Below, in pieces: positions 8,596-15,895 of a stretch of 62,626 nucleotides of DNA. Under the pieces are notes generated by a model that did no database searches, was not told the origin of the DNA, and saw only the letters and a list, made by a program, of their open reading frames with translations. The position numbers were made by a program, and so were the translations under genes. Source of the DNA: a virus; the IMG/VR virus record IMGVR_UViG_3300027822_000003, positions 1-62,626 of that record. The stretch is one strand, 5' to 3'. Every line of letters starts with the position of its first letter. Position 1 is the first letter of the stretch.

Positions 8596-8864
8596 TAAGT
8601 AGTTGGGAAAAGATTATCGAATACGGAGCTGTTTTCATAACTGGTTTAGGTGTGGTTTTTGCCTGCGGTAAGAATAAGCAGGCAAGGGTTGACGATAGAA
8701 AACATATTGACAACCTTAATCATAATGTTTTCCCGGATGACCCTGAGCGTGAAATCATCAGGCAGAGTGATCTTGATAGACAATGCAAACAGATTGAGAA
8801 ATTATTTGAAATAATGGAAAAAAATTTAATCCAAAAAATCGAGTTGATGCTAAAAAATGAATGA
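8592..8864 (+). CDS. N-terminal TM plus coiled-coil protein (i-spanin or holin-partner candidate)
   Basis: IIEYGAVFITGLGVVFACG TM segment followed by a charged helical tail. ATGA overlap with the upstream gene. Confidence 0.4.
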   Translation: MISSWEKIIEYGAVFITGLGVVFACGKNKQARVDDRKHIDNLNHNVFPDDPEREIIRQSDLDRQCKQIEKLFEIMEKNLIQKIELMLKNE

Positions 8865-9018
8865 TACAAAATATATCCCAAACAAAGAGAAGTGGCTTGC
8901 AACTAAACTCGTTGACGATGACGGAATATTAAAAACTCAATATAGAGGGTTGTGGGATACGGAGCAGGAGGCCAAAGTCGCCCCTGCTCCGATCCTTTGG
9001 AATGGTTGTCGGGCGTAA
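8857..9018 (+). CDS. hypothetical 53-aa protein
   Basis: MNDTKYIPNKEKWLATKLVDDDGILKTQYRGLWDTEQEA... Overlaps the upstream stop. Last + strand gene before the strand switch. Confidence 0.35.
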   Translation: MNDTKYIPNKEKWLATKLVDDDGILKTQYRGLWDTEQEAKVAPAPILWNGCRA

Positions 9019-9021
9019 ATA

Positions 9022-9201
9022 TCATTCTTTATCTGTGCTTTTTACCTCTTTAAGTAAAAAATAAACTTGGAACCACCCGAGAAAAGCGGCCATAAATCCT
9101 AATATCGCTTCCAAATTTTGAGCTACAATAGCAAGTCTTGTAGCTATTAATAATAGACACAATAGACATATTCGCAATATTCTACATCCTTCCATTGTCA
9201 T
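9022..9201 (-). CDS. 59-aa two-TM membrane micro-protein
   Basis: Hand translation MTMEGCRILRICLLCLLLIATRLAIVAQNLEAILGFMAAFLGWFQVYFLLKEVKSTDKE. GGGGGA lies upstream. Confidence 0.4.
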   Translation of the reverse strand: MTMEGCRILRICLLCLLLIATRLAIVAQNLEAILGFMAAFLGWFQVYFLLKEVKSTDKE

Positions 9202-9215
9202 AATAGATTTTCCCC

Positions 9216-9557
9216 CTATCGGCTAAGCCTTCCCATTTCATAGATAAGATAATCAAGGACAGCTTTGGTTTCAGCTTTTTTAGTACCATGCCCTCCCGTC
9301 AAACCGCCTTTCGCATCTTGCCACTTCCGGTAAGGGCTCCCTTCTTTTTCGCATTGGAATCCATCCTTTTGACTGAGGTCACCTAATATTTTCCATGAAA
9401 TGCAATCTTTACATTCCATGTAATCGCAAAGAAAACAAAAATTATAAGAACTGCTTTTCCCACCTAAAATAATATACGCCTCTGGTTTGGTTATATCAGG
9501 ATTCATAACCATCAGCTCCCATTGGCAAATAGTTTGTTTTAATACTGATTTTAACAT
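9216..9557 (-). CDS. hypothetical Cys-rich protein
   Basis: 113-aa ORF with a CFLCDYMECKDC cluster. Confidence 0.5.
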   Translation of the reverse strand: MLKSVLKQTICQWELMVMNPDITKPEAYIILGGKSSSYNFCFLCDYMECKDCISWKILGDLSQKDGFQCEKEGSPYRKWQDAKGGLTGGHGTKKAETKAVLDYLIYEMGRLSR

Positions 9558-9571
9558 ATCGTTCTCCCCTG

Positions 9572-9883
9572 TTAAAAATGCATTATAATTTTGAAAATTC
9601 TTTGCGGTAAATAAATTGTTTTTCTTTGGACGTAAGACGGGCCAAGTGGCTCGTCAATTCTTGGTTCTGGATAATAAATTGTTTTTGAATGGTATATATC
9701 TATAGAAAAAAAATAGATAAAACATAAAGAATTCATCATTGTCCAAACACACGCCAATTTATCTTCCATAGTTTTACTATAATAAGCCATACCAAGATAA
9801 GTTATGAATATGACAATAATAAATACCCATATTCCATATTTGCCAAAGATATTATCGCATTTTCTTTCAATTATTATTTTCAT
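9572..9883 (-). CDS. membrane protein
   Basis: 103-aa ORF with two or more hydrophobic helices. Its ATG overlaps the upstream frame's TGA (ATGA). Confidence 0.5.
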   Translation of the reverse strand: MKIIIERKCDNIFGKYGIWVFIIVIFITYLGMAYYSKTMEDKLACVWTMMNSLCFIYFFSIDIYHSKTIYYPEPRIDEPLGPSYVQRKTIYLPQRIFKIIMHF

Positions 9884-10137
9884 TTTTCATCCATTTCCAT
9901 TATTTTTTTACGAAAATACATAATAAAATCCAACCCCTCCTGGTACGCATCCATCATGCTATTGCGCCCGTTATGCGTCATCAATGTCGTTCCGTATTTT
10001 TCTCTACCCATTTGATCTCGATCAAACAGATCGTTGATAACTTGCGGTAGTACGGCTTTCTCACCAGGCGTTGGTGGAGGCTCTGGCGTAGCTGCCGCAG
10101 ACAGCCGTGAGCTTCCATCTATACAGTCTTCTTTTTT
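9880..10137 (-). CDS. start-less reading frame; probable -1 frameshift extension of 10119-10607
   Basis: The frame is open from TGA at 10144-10146 down to TGA at 9880-9882. It encodes ...PQVINDLFDRDQMGREKYGTTLMTHNGRNSMMDAYQEGLDFIMYFRK. There is no ATG, GTG or TTG before the internal Met. It lies in the -1 frame relative to 10119-10607 and is joined to it at A_AAA_AAG (10131-10137). Confidence 0.45.
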   Translation of the reverse strand, partial: KKEDCIDGSSRLSAAATPEPPPTPGEKAVLPQVINDLFDRDQMGREKYGTTLMTHNGRNSMMDAYQEGLDFIMYFRKKIMEMDEK

Positions 10138-10607
10138 TCCCGGTCAGTTTCGATCTTACCTAAAACAATATTGAGTTGGTCAGTTTCTTTCTCGGTATAG
10201 AAGTTACATGCCATGTAGCCGTGAGAATGAATTATTTGTGCTAAAATAACTCCGGTCCTTTCTTTGTTATGGGCATCTATTGTCAATTTGTTGAAATCCT
10301 CAAGCTGTTTTAGCTGCGATTCTGTTAATATTATTGCTTTCATTTTTGTTATTCCTATAATTTTTTTATGATGTCCCCTTGTATCCCCTCCCCTTATCAA
10401 TTTTTTATTTTTTGCTGGTTCCCGTATCATGTTTCTTATTAACTTCGCGTGTGATTTGATTTTTTCAATATCTCCTTGTAAATCATGTTTTTCTTGGTAA
10501 TATAAAGGAGCGTAAGAACCCCAATCCGCTATCAAAAAAACTGCATATTCTAATTGTTCTGCTGCCAGCAACAATGCTGCATTCGGCTGGGTTTCATATT
10601 CTAACAT
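10119..10607 (-). CDS. hypothetical protein (zero-frame product upstream of the slippery site)
   Basis: 162-aa ORF ending ...ETDREKKKTV. GGGAGGGG RBS upstream. Confidence 0.55.
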   Translation of the reverse strand: MLEYETQPNAALLLAAEQLEYAVFLIADWGSYAPLYYQEKHDLQGDIEKIKSHAKLIRNMIREPAKNKKLIRGGDTRGHHKKIIGITKMKAIILTESQLKQLEDFNKLTIDAHNKERTGVILAQIIHSHGYMACNFYTEKETDQLNIVLGKIETDREKKKTV

Positions 10608-10661
10608 ATTTAATTTCCCCTCCCAAAAATATAAATGATTTATAAAATATTTTCATATTCA

Positions 10662-11078
10662 CTATCCCCATCCCTCAATATATTTAATTGCCTTGTCATA
10701 TTCAGCATTCAAATTAATCTTTCGATCAAAATAAACACTAAGCCGGTTGAGAGATATAATGCATTTTTCTATAGCGTCACTTCTCTTCCCGCGTAAGAGG
10801 TTAAGAGCATCAGAGAAACCAGCCTGACAGATACAAATAAGACAAACAATATGAATCTTTGTTTCTCTTTCTAAGTCGATAATCTTTTTTTCAATCCGGT
10901 TGCAGTCTTTTGAATTCAAAAACAACTCAGGATACAGTTCCCTGGCTGCAAAAAAACGTTTATCAACAACAATAAGCATTCTTCTGACAGTTTTTGACGG
11001 GTTGTTTTTGCGTAACAGCTTTGTGACTAACGCCATTATCGCAAGATACAACAAGATGTTCCTTTCCCCTTTGCTCAT
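10662..11078 (-). CDS. hypothetical protein
   Basis: 138-aa ORF. Confidence 0.5.
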   Translation of the reverse strand: MSKGERNILLYLAIMALVTKLLRKNNPSKTVRRMLIVVDKRFFAARELYPELFLNSKDCNRIEKKIIDLERETKIHIVCLICICQAGFSDALNLLRGKRSDAIEKCIISLNRLSVYFDRKINLNAEYDKAIKYIEGWG

Positions 11079-11428
11079 GCCAGCTTCTCCAACAATCCAA
11101 ATATAGTTTTACTGGTGGTGGCCTCCCAATTTTTGTCACAAACCATCCATTTTTTATTTCTACTAAAAACAAGCTCACTCCCTGTCTTTATGAGTTCCTC
11201 GAGTTTTTCGCAAGCGACCTTAATCTGTTGCTGGCTATTTTCCCATGCAGAAAAAAATGTGTTAATATTATATGGGCAAGAGTGTTCGTCCCACCATTCC
11301 ATGAATTGTTTTGGGTATAAGCATTCACAGAGGCAGCCTCCTACTGAGTGGAAAATGCATTTCCCCTCGTCTGAACTCCAAAACATATCCCCACCGCATT
11401 TGCTGCACCAGCCTATAAAATATTTCAT
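11075..11428 (-). CDS. hypothetical Cys-rich protein
   Basis: 117-aa ORF with CSKCGG and CLCEC clusters. Overlapping stop/start with neighbours. Confidence 0.5.
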   Translation of the reverse strand: MKYFIGWCSKCGGDMFWSSDEGKCIFHSVGGCLCECLYPKQFMEWWDEHSCPYNINTFFSAWENSQQQIKVACEKLEELIKTGSELVFSRNKKWMVCDKNWEATTSKTIFGLLEKLA

Positions 11429-11796
11429 TATTGCTCATTTTCCCCATTTTCTGTTTTATTTTTAATATTTATCTCCGGAATGATATTACTCGATGATATT
11501 ACAGCTTTTCTGAAAGCTGGCCACACAATGTTTTTGGCAAAAATACAAAAAATATACCCCGCCAGGATAAACGGCCAAAAAAAATAAACACTAATGATAG
11601 CGAAAAAAATGCCGCACTTATCAGCTTTAAGTGTATAAGAGAATTGTTTCGTTGTGGGACGCTTACCTGTTTTAATTGCTTCCCAGGATAAAGGGGCTAT
11701 ATGTTTTAGCAATATGCTCCCAACGAGAAACCAACCTCCCAGAAAAGACGCCCAAAAGAGTACGCTTCCAAAGACCCCGAATACAAAACTTATCAT
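11428..11796 (-). CDS. membrane protein
   Basis: 122-aa ORF with several hydrophobic helices. Confidence 0.5.
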   Translation of the reverse strand: MISFVFGVFGSVLFWASFLGGWFLVGSILLKHIAPLSWEAIKTGKRPTTKQFSYTLKADKCGIFFAIISVYFFWPFILAGYIFCIFAKNIVWPAFRKAVISSSNIIPEINIKNKTENGENEQ

Positions 11797-11826
11797 TGTT
11801 TCCTTCTCCCTGTTGTCGGTTTGTTA

Positions 11827-12048
11827 TTATCTTTCCTCACAATCGCACCGCCATGTTCCGGGCTCAACATGCCGCATTTCTGCGCCACAGTTTGAACATT
11901 TTGGGATTGTCGGACCCAACGGGCTCAAATACAGTTGTGGGACAAAGTTTCTTCCTGTTTCATCAAGAAAGATTTTTTTTAATTCATTCAGTTCTTTGAC
12001 TCTTTGTTCAAGCTTAAATATTAATTTTTCAAATTCTTTATCGTTCAT
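11827..12048 (-). CDS. coiled-coil plus zinc-ribbon mini-protein
   Basis: CSNCG...CDC at the C-terminus. Confidence 0.5.
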   Translation of the reverse strand: MNDKEFEKLIFKLEQRVKELNELKKIFLDETGRNFVPQLYLSPLGPTIPKCSNCGAEMRHVEPGTWRCDCEER

Positions 12049-12205
12049 CTATTCGCTCCTTTTTTTTTGAAGCCAGTGCAACAAAGGGGGTTGTCCACCC
12101 GCAATCCTTGCAAGCTGTTTCATATATTTTCCCATTTCTGATTCTAAACAGAATCTTGTTCGACTTACACTTTTTACAAATATTAACATAATTTTTTATT
12201 TCCAT
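12038..12205 (-). CDS. 55-aa zinc-ribbon mini-protein
   Basis: Hand translation MEIKNYVNICKKCKSNKILFRIRNGKIYETACKDCGW... (CxxC...CxxC). TAATG junction with the upstream gene. Below the track cut-off. Confidence 0.45.
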   Translation of the reverse strand: MEIKNYVNICKKCKSNKILFRIRNGKIYETACKDCGWTTPFVALASKKKERIDER

Positions 12206-12561
12206 TACGTTTTATCTCCTTTTGTTTTTTTAATTATTTGCTCAACAGCCCTTAACTCTTCCAGGGAAAGGTTCAACTTGCTGTTACTATATCGGAAAAA
12301 ATCCCAAATAAAAATAGCTATTTTCGTTGCCTCCTTTTCATCTTCCCATTCTTTTTCGGTTTCGTATAGTTGTGAATCTTGGCAGTACTTTGTGTTCTCG
12401 CCCAAAGATTTTATATAATATTGCCTTCGGTTATCGCAGGAAAAATATTTTCTTCCTACTTTCGTAACAGTAACTGGTGTTAACTTTTGCTTACAACTTC
12501 TTGCAGCGTTGTTTATATTTAAGGAATATAGTTTTTGGCCTACTTTGGGTTTTTCTTTCAT
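12205..12561 (-). CDS. hypothetical protein
   Basis: 118-aa ORF. Confidence 0.5.
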   Translation of the reverse strand: MKEKPKVGQKLYSLNINNAARSCKQKLTPVTVTKVGRKYFSCDNRRQYYIKSLGENTKYCQDSQLYETEKEWEDEKEATKIAIFIWDFFRYSNSKLNLSLEELRAVEQIIKKTKGDKT

Positions 12562-12878
12562 ATTTTCTCTCCTTTATGCTTTTTATCTAAATTTATATTA
12601 TCACCGCATAATGCCGCTAAAAAAAATCGGCGCAAATCATTTATACATGGATCTTCACTGGTGTCGTATTCTTTTCCAGTTGCTCTTATCCAGAAGTTCG
12701 GAGTTTCACAATCGCTTAATACACTAAGCCCATTTCTACTTTCAACGATTCTTTTTACTAATAGTGCTTGCCAATTATCTGGCAGCGCATCAGCACTTGT
12801 TTTGGGGCGATACTCTATGTTGTTTATTAGAACTTGCATACTACATCTCCTTTTAAATAACATTTTAATCAGTCGCAC
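12558..12878 (-). CDS. hypothetical protein
   Basis: 106-aa ORF. An internal Met (MQVLINN) is an alternative start. Confidence 0.45.
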   Translation of the reverse strand: MRLIKMLFKRRCSMQVLINNIEYRPKTSADALPDNWQALLVKRIVESRNGLSVLSDCETPNFWIRATGKEYDTSEDPCINDLRRFFLAALCGDNINLDKKHKGEKI

Positions 12879-12905
12879 GGTTTTACATCGGCTGTGTTTC
12901 TCTGG

Positions 12906-13148
12906 TTATGCCTTTGCTATTTCGTCAATTGCTTTCTGTAATTTTGTCTGAAGCATAGCTATTGCCTGGCCTTTAGCTTCTAATAATTTGTCCGAAGCTA
13001 AAGGCATGCGGTCAAAAACATAAGAACAAGAGGCAAACCATTGTTCCCCACAGCCAAAATAATGGTGGATTGATAATTTAAAAATGCCAAATCTGATTTC
13101 TGAACCAACAACCTCACCATTTCTTGTTTCTTCTTTCCATTTGCTCAT
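12906..13148 (-). CDS. hypothetical protein
   Basis: 80-aa ORF immediately downstream of the radical-SAM gene. Confidence 0.5.
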   Translation of the reverse strand: MSKWKEETRNGEVVGSEIRFGIFKLSIHHYFGCGEQWFASCSYVFDRMPLASDKLLEAKGQAIAMLQTKLQKAIDEIAKA

Positions 13149-13169
13149 TTGATGCTCCTTGTATATACG

Positions 13170-14150
13170 CTACCTGTTGCGATAGTTATGCCTGTTATTT
13201 ATTTGTCTAAATTTATTGTTATAATCAACACAAACATCTAAACAGTTTTCCCTACAAATATCGTCACGAAAACAGTTATGGGTTTTATACCATTCGGCTC
13301 TCTCCCCTCTAATATTTGCAGACACTTTTCCAATTGGAGGCCCAAGCTCTCTCATATAAATTATGCAAGGGTAATGAGAATCTCCCTTTATCGCTATATC
13401 GTCCAACACTAAAGGGCATTGAAAATTATCTCCTATGTTTAGCCCCCTTACGTTGCGACCTTTTTTAAAATTTTCTACTCTGTATTTTAGAATAGGATGA
13501 TATAAAAGAATATTTTTAGGAATTTGTTCAACAAACTCTAACGATTTATTATATTGAGCCGCAGTTAAAATCCTAATATCAGAAACGCCCAAATTATGAG
13601 CAAAAATTACTGTTTGGACAGATTGCTCAATATTTTTTCCGTCAAAAACACACCCTGTTGTTACATACGTTAATTTTGATAATGCTTTTATATTTTTTAC
13701 AATAATAGGCCACGACCCAGGGGCACCCGTCATTTTATCACTAAACGCAGCGCAACAAGCGTCAAGAGAAATTGAAAAATCATTAACCCCATTTTTTAGT
13801 AATTTTATATAATAATCTGTTGAAGCGGATCCATTTGTTGATACAGCTATCCGATGAACACCTTTTTGCCATGTATATTTTACCAAATCAGGCAACCATT
13901 CCACGCAAGTCGGTTCCCCACCTGAAAATCTTATATTTTGCAAACCATGTTGACACCACAAATCAACTACTTTTTTTGCATCTTCAAAAGTTATATCAGC
14001 CGTTCTATCAGTACCACGGCAATATGGGCAGTTAAAGTTACAAGCAGACGTAATTAATAACTCACACCGCCATAAACACGAGTTACTTGACGCATACTTT
14101 GCCCTATAATCTGATAACGTATAAAACCCAATGTCTTGTAACTTATTCAT
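13170..14150 (-). CDS. radical SAM enzyme with Cys-rich SPASM/twitch-like C-terminus
   Basis: CNFNCPYC (CxxxCxxC) at residues about 37-44. GGEP motif (RFSGGEPT). VSTNGS and SISLDA strands. C-terminal CPLVLDDIAIKGDSHYPC ... CFRDDICRENCLDVC. Confidence 0.8.
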   Translation of the reverse strand: MNKLQDIGFYTLSDYRAKYASSNSCLWRCELLITSACNFNCPYCRGTDRTADITFEDAKKVVDLWCQHGLQNIRFSGGEPTCVEWLPDLVKYTWQKGVHRIAVSTNGSASTDYYIKLLKNGVNDFSISLDACCAAFSDKMTGAPGSWPIIVKNIKALSKLTYVTTGCVFDGKNIEQSVQTVIFAHNLGVSDIRILTAAQYNKSLEFVEQIPKNILLYHPILKYRVENFKKGRNVRGLNIGDNFQCPLVLDDIAIKGDSHYPCIIYMRELGPPIGKVSANIRGERAEWYKTHNCFRDDICRENCLDVCVDYNNKFRQINNRHNYRNR

Positions 14151-14186
14151 ATTCGTTCCTTTTTGTTAGTAGGTATAATATCTAAA

Positions 14187-14393
14187 TCACGGGCGGCGCT
14201 GGCCTTGGAACACCTTAAACGCATCCCTTGGCGACAAATTAAATTTTACTGAGATGTCTTGTACTATTATCATCGTTTCTTTCATCGTTACCCTACACCC
14301 TTTGCTTATTTCTTTTAATTGCCCGGAACTCAAATCATCCATTTTTATCCAATTTTTATTATATGGCTGTTTTTTGAAATCTTCCCATTCCAT
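14187..14393 (-). CDS. hypothetical protein (first gene after the structured leader)
   Basis: 68-aa ORF with AAGGAGGG 7 nt upstream of the ATG. Confidence 0.5.
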   Translation of the reverse strand: MEWEDFKKQPYNKNWIKMDDLSSGQLKEISKGCRVTMKETMIIVQDISVKFNLSPRDAFKVFQGQRRP

Positions 14394-14556
14394 CGCTACC
14401 GCCCTCCTTGTTTAAGTTAAAACCATGCACTCCCCCCACAGTCGCCAACCGCCCCGGCTAAATATGACATAGGCGCATCAACCGGGGAAAATCTGGGGGA
14501 AGCTTTGTTTGCCCGGGCCCATGGCTGCCCGGAAAGGAGTGATGCGCCCAAACTGG
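14394..14556 (-). ncRNA. GC-rich structured intergenic element (candidate cis-regulatory RNA or riboswitch-like leader)
   Basis: The 9-bp closing helix ggcgcatca (14472-14480) pairs with tgatgcgcc (14540-14548). Inside it is a CCGGGC/GCCCGG hairpin. In the minus sense a CUCCUUU tract is complementary to the downstream AAGGAGG RBS. The region is visibly GC-richer than its flanks. Confidence 0.35.
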
Positions 14557-14856
14557 TTAATGATCAAATTCTATTGTTTCTGGTTTTCGTTCAAGTGTTT
14601 CTGGGTAATACTTCCCGTCAATTTTTTCTTTTAAATAAATCTTCCCGTCTTTTGCGGCGTAGATATATTTAATTGCAATCCCAGGGGGGCTCCCACCTTC
14701 TGGATACGACCACATAGAAGGAGTTATAGTGACGACTTCAAGTGTCCCATTGTCCTGGATAGTTACACTTTTTATCATTGGTGTATGATAAAAAAGGAGA
14801 TCAGCAAAACACACTGACGGAATCAGTATTAGTAAAGCTATAAGTTTTTGCCACAT
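14557..14856 (-). CDS. exported small protein
   Basis: MWQKLIALLILIPSVCFA signal-peptide-like N-terminus. Confidence 0.5.
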   Translation of the reverse strand: MWQKLIALLILIPSVCFADLLFYHTPMIKSVTIQDNGTLEVVTITPSMWSYPEGGSPPGIAIKYIYAAKDGKIYLKEKIDGKYYPETLERKPETIEFDH

Positions 14857-14909
14857 AATATGTTTTCCCTATCTAAAATCTTTTTTTCTAATTGCGTTAA
14901 ACCTTTCAT
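14838..14909 (-). CDS. 23-codon upstream micro-ORF (possible coupling or leader peptide)
   Basis: AAGGAG lies 6 nt upstream of ATG 14909. Encodes MKGLTQLEKKILDRENILCGKNL and overlaps the start of 14557-14856. Confidence 0.25.
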   Translation of the reverse strand: MKGLTQLEKKILDRENILCGKNL

Positions 14910-14934
14910 GCCTTTCTCCTTTTCTTAATTTGGT

Positions 14935-15129
14935 TTATTTAAGTTTTAAAGATTCAGTGTCAACCATTTCAATAATAGTGGAACGAACCATATTTTTGTA
15001 AAAAATGTTATAACTTACTGTTTTTACGAACCAATAGCTACCATAAATAATAAACAGTACAGCTATAATTATGGTTATGATTGTTCCGGTAAAGTATATG
15101 TTTTCTAATTTTTTTTTATATTTTGCCAT
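14935..15129 (-). CDS. 64-aa membrane protein
   Basis: The internal start MAKYKKKLENIYFTGTIITIIIAVLFIIYGSYWF is preferred. The longer track ORF (to 15264) overlaps the Zn-ribbon gene in another frame. Confidence 0.45.
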   Translation of the reverse strand: MAKYKKKLENIYFTGTIITIIIAVLFIIYGSYWFVKTVSYNIFYKNMVRSTIIEMVDTESLKLK

Positions 15130-15139
15130 AATTTTATTT

Positions 15140-15298
15140 TTACCTTTCAGTACGTTCACACTTAGCTTTTTCGCCGCAATGCTCACAAACAACATCTTCC
15201 GAATCTTCAGGATTATCATACATATCTTCGCAAAGCTCATCGCAATAAGGGCATGCCCAGACATATCTTTCTTCTACATTGGCTATAAATGTTTTCAT
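15140..15298 (-). CDS. 52-aa zinc-ribbon mini-protein, paralogue B
   Basis: MKTFIANVEERYVWACPYCDELCEDMYDNPEDSEDVVCEHCGEKAKCERTER. ATGA coupling with paralogue A. Confidence 0.5.
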   Translation of the reverse strand: MKTFIANVEERYVWACPYCDELCEDMYDNPEDSEDVVCEHCGEKAKCERTER

Positions 15299-15459
15299 GG
15301 TTTCAATCTCTCCGTTTTTTCACAATACGCGTTTTTCCCGCAAGACTCGCATATATTGATTTCTCTGGCAGGGTCATCGTCAATATTCCAATTGGTTTCG
15401 CCACACCATGGACATTCCCATTCGTAGTACTCTTTGATGTATGCTTTAAATGTTTTCAT
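15295..15459 (-). CDS. 54-aa zinc-ribbon mini-protein, paralogue A
   Basis: MKTFKAYIKEYYEWECPWCGETNWNIDDDPAREINICESCGKNAYCEKTERLKP. AGGAGG RBS upstream. Confidence 0.5.
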   Translation of the reverse strand: MKTFKAYIKEYYEWECPWCGETNWNIDDDPAREINICESCGKNAYCEKTERLKP

Positions 15460-15490
15460 ATTTTCCTCCTTGTTAAAAATAGTTTGATCT

Positions 15491-15895
15491 TTATAACGCC
15501 TTTATGCGGACTTTTTCCATTTCTTCAAAATCTTCCATATCCGGCCGATCATCTGGATTCATGCTTGCATCATACCAATCCCAATTGTCAACCCCACCGA
15601 ATTCAAGTCTATTTAATCTTTCGGATTCAATTTGTAGTCTCAAATATTCTTTTTTCGTAATTGTTATTTTTCCGTCCATAATTTTTTTTGTCTCCTTTTT
15701 ATATTTTCTTGTCCACTCAGCCTTTGACATGATTAAACCCCAATCTGTAGGACGCTTTTCAAAATACTCACATGTGGTGTCCTCAGTATCAAATAGATCA
15801 GATATATTTGCCGGATGCGGATCATGACCGCACTCATCCTGAAAACCCAAACATCCACCACTGTCAAAGTAAAAAATACAATCCGTGCAAATCAT
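15491..15895 (-). CDS. hypothetical protein (Cys-rich N-terminus, GVDNWDWYD motif in C-terminal half)
   Basis: 134-aa ORF. Confidence 0.5.
   Translation of the reverse strand: MICTDCIFYFDSGGCLGFQDECGHDPHPANISDLFDTEDTTCEYFEKRPTDWGLIMSKAEWTRKYKKETKKIMDGKITITKKEYLRLQIESERLNRLEFGGVDNWDWYDASMNPDDRPDMEDFEEMEKVRIKAL

Noticed and set aside
8857-9018. AP2-like DNA-binding domain (KWLATK...YRGLWDTEQEA)
   Set aside because: Only a partial resemblance to the W-x-A...G-x-F-x-T-x-E-E-A pattern, in a 53-aa ORF. Not sufficient.
14472-14548. A 77-nt element closed by a 9-bp helix, considered as a tRNA
   Set aside because: On either strand there is no T-loop (GTTCRANNC), no D-loop GG, no U8/A14 and no plausible anticodon arm geometry. 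It is kept only as a generic structured-RNA candidate.
14394-14556. Moco riboswitch specifically (because of the CCGGAAAGGAG tract and the MoaA-like neighbour)
   Set aside because: The GGAAAGG tract that resembles my memory of the E. coli moaA leader is on the + strand, antisense to the operon. The class cannot be assigned without a covariance-model search.
14935-15264. The full 109-aa track ORF
   Set aside because: Its 5' part overlaps, out of frame, a well-supported Zn-ribbon paralogue (15140-15298). The internal start at 15129 gives a coherent membrane protein.
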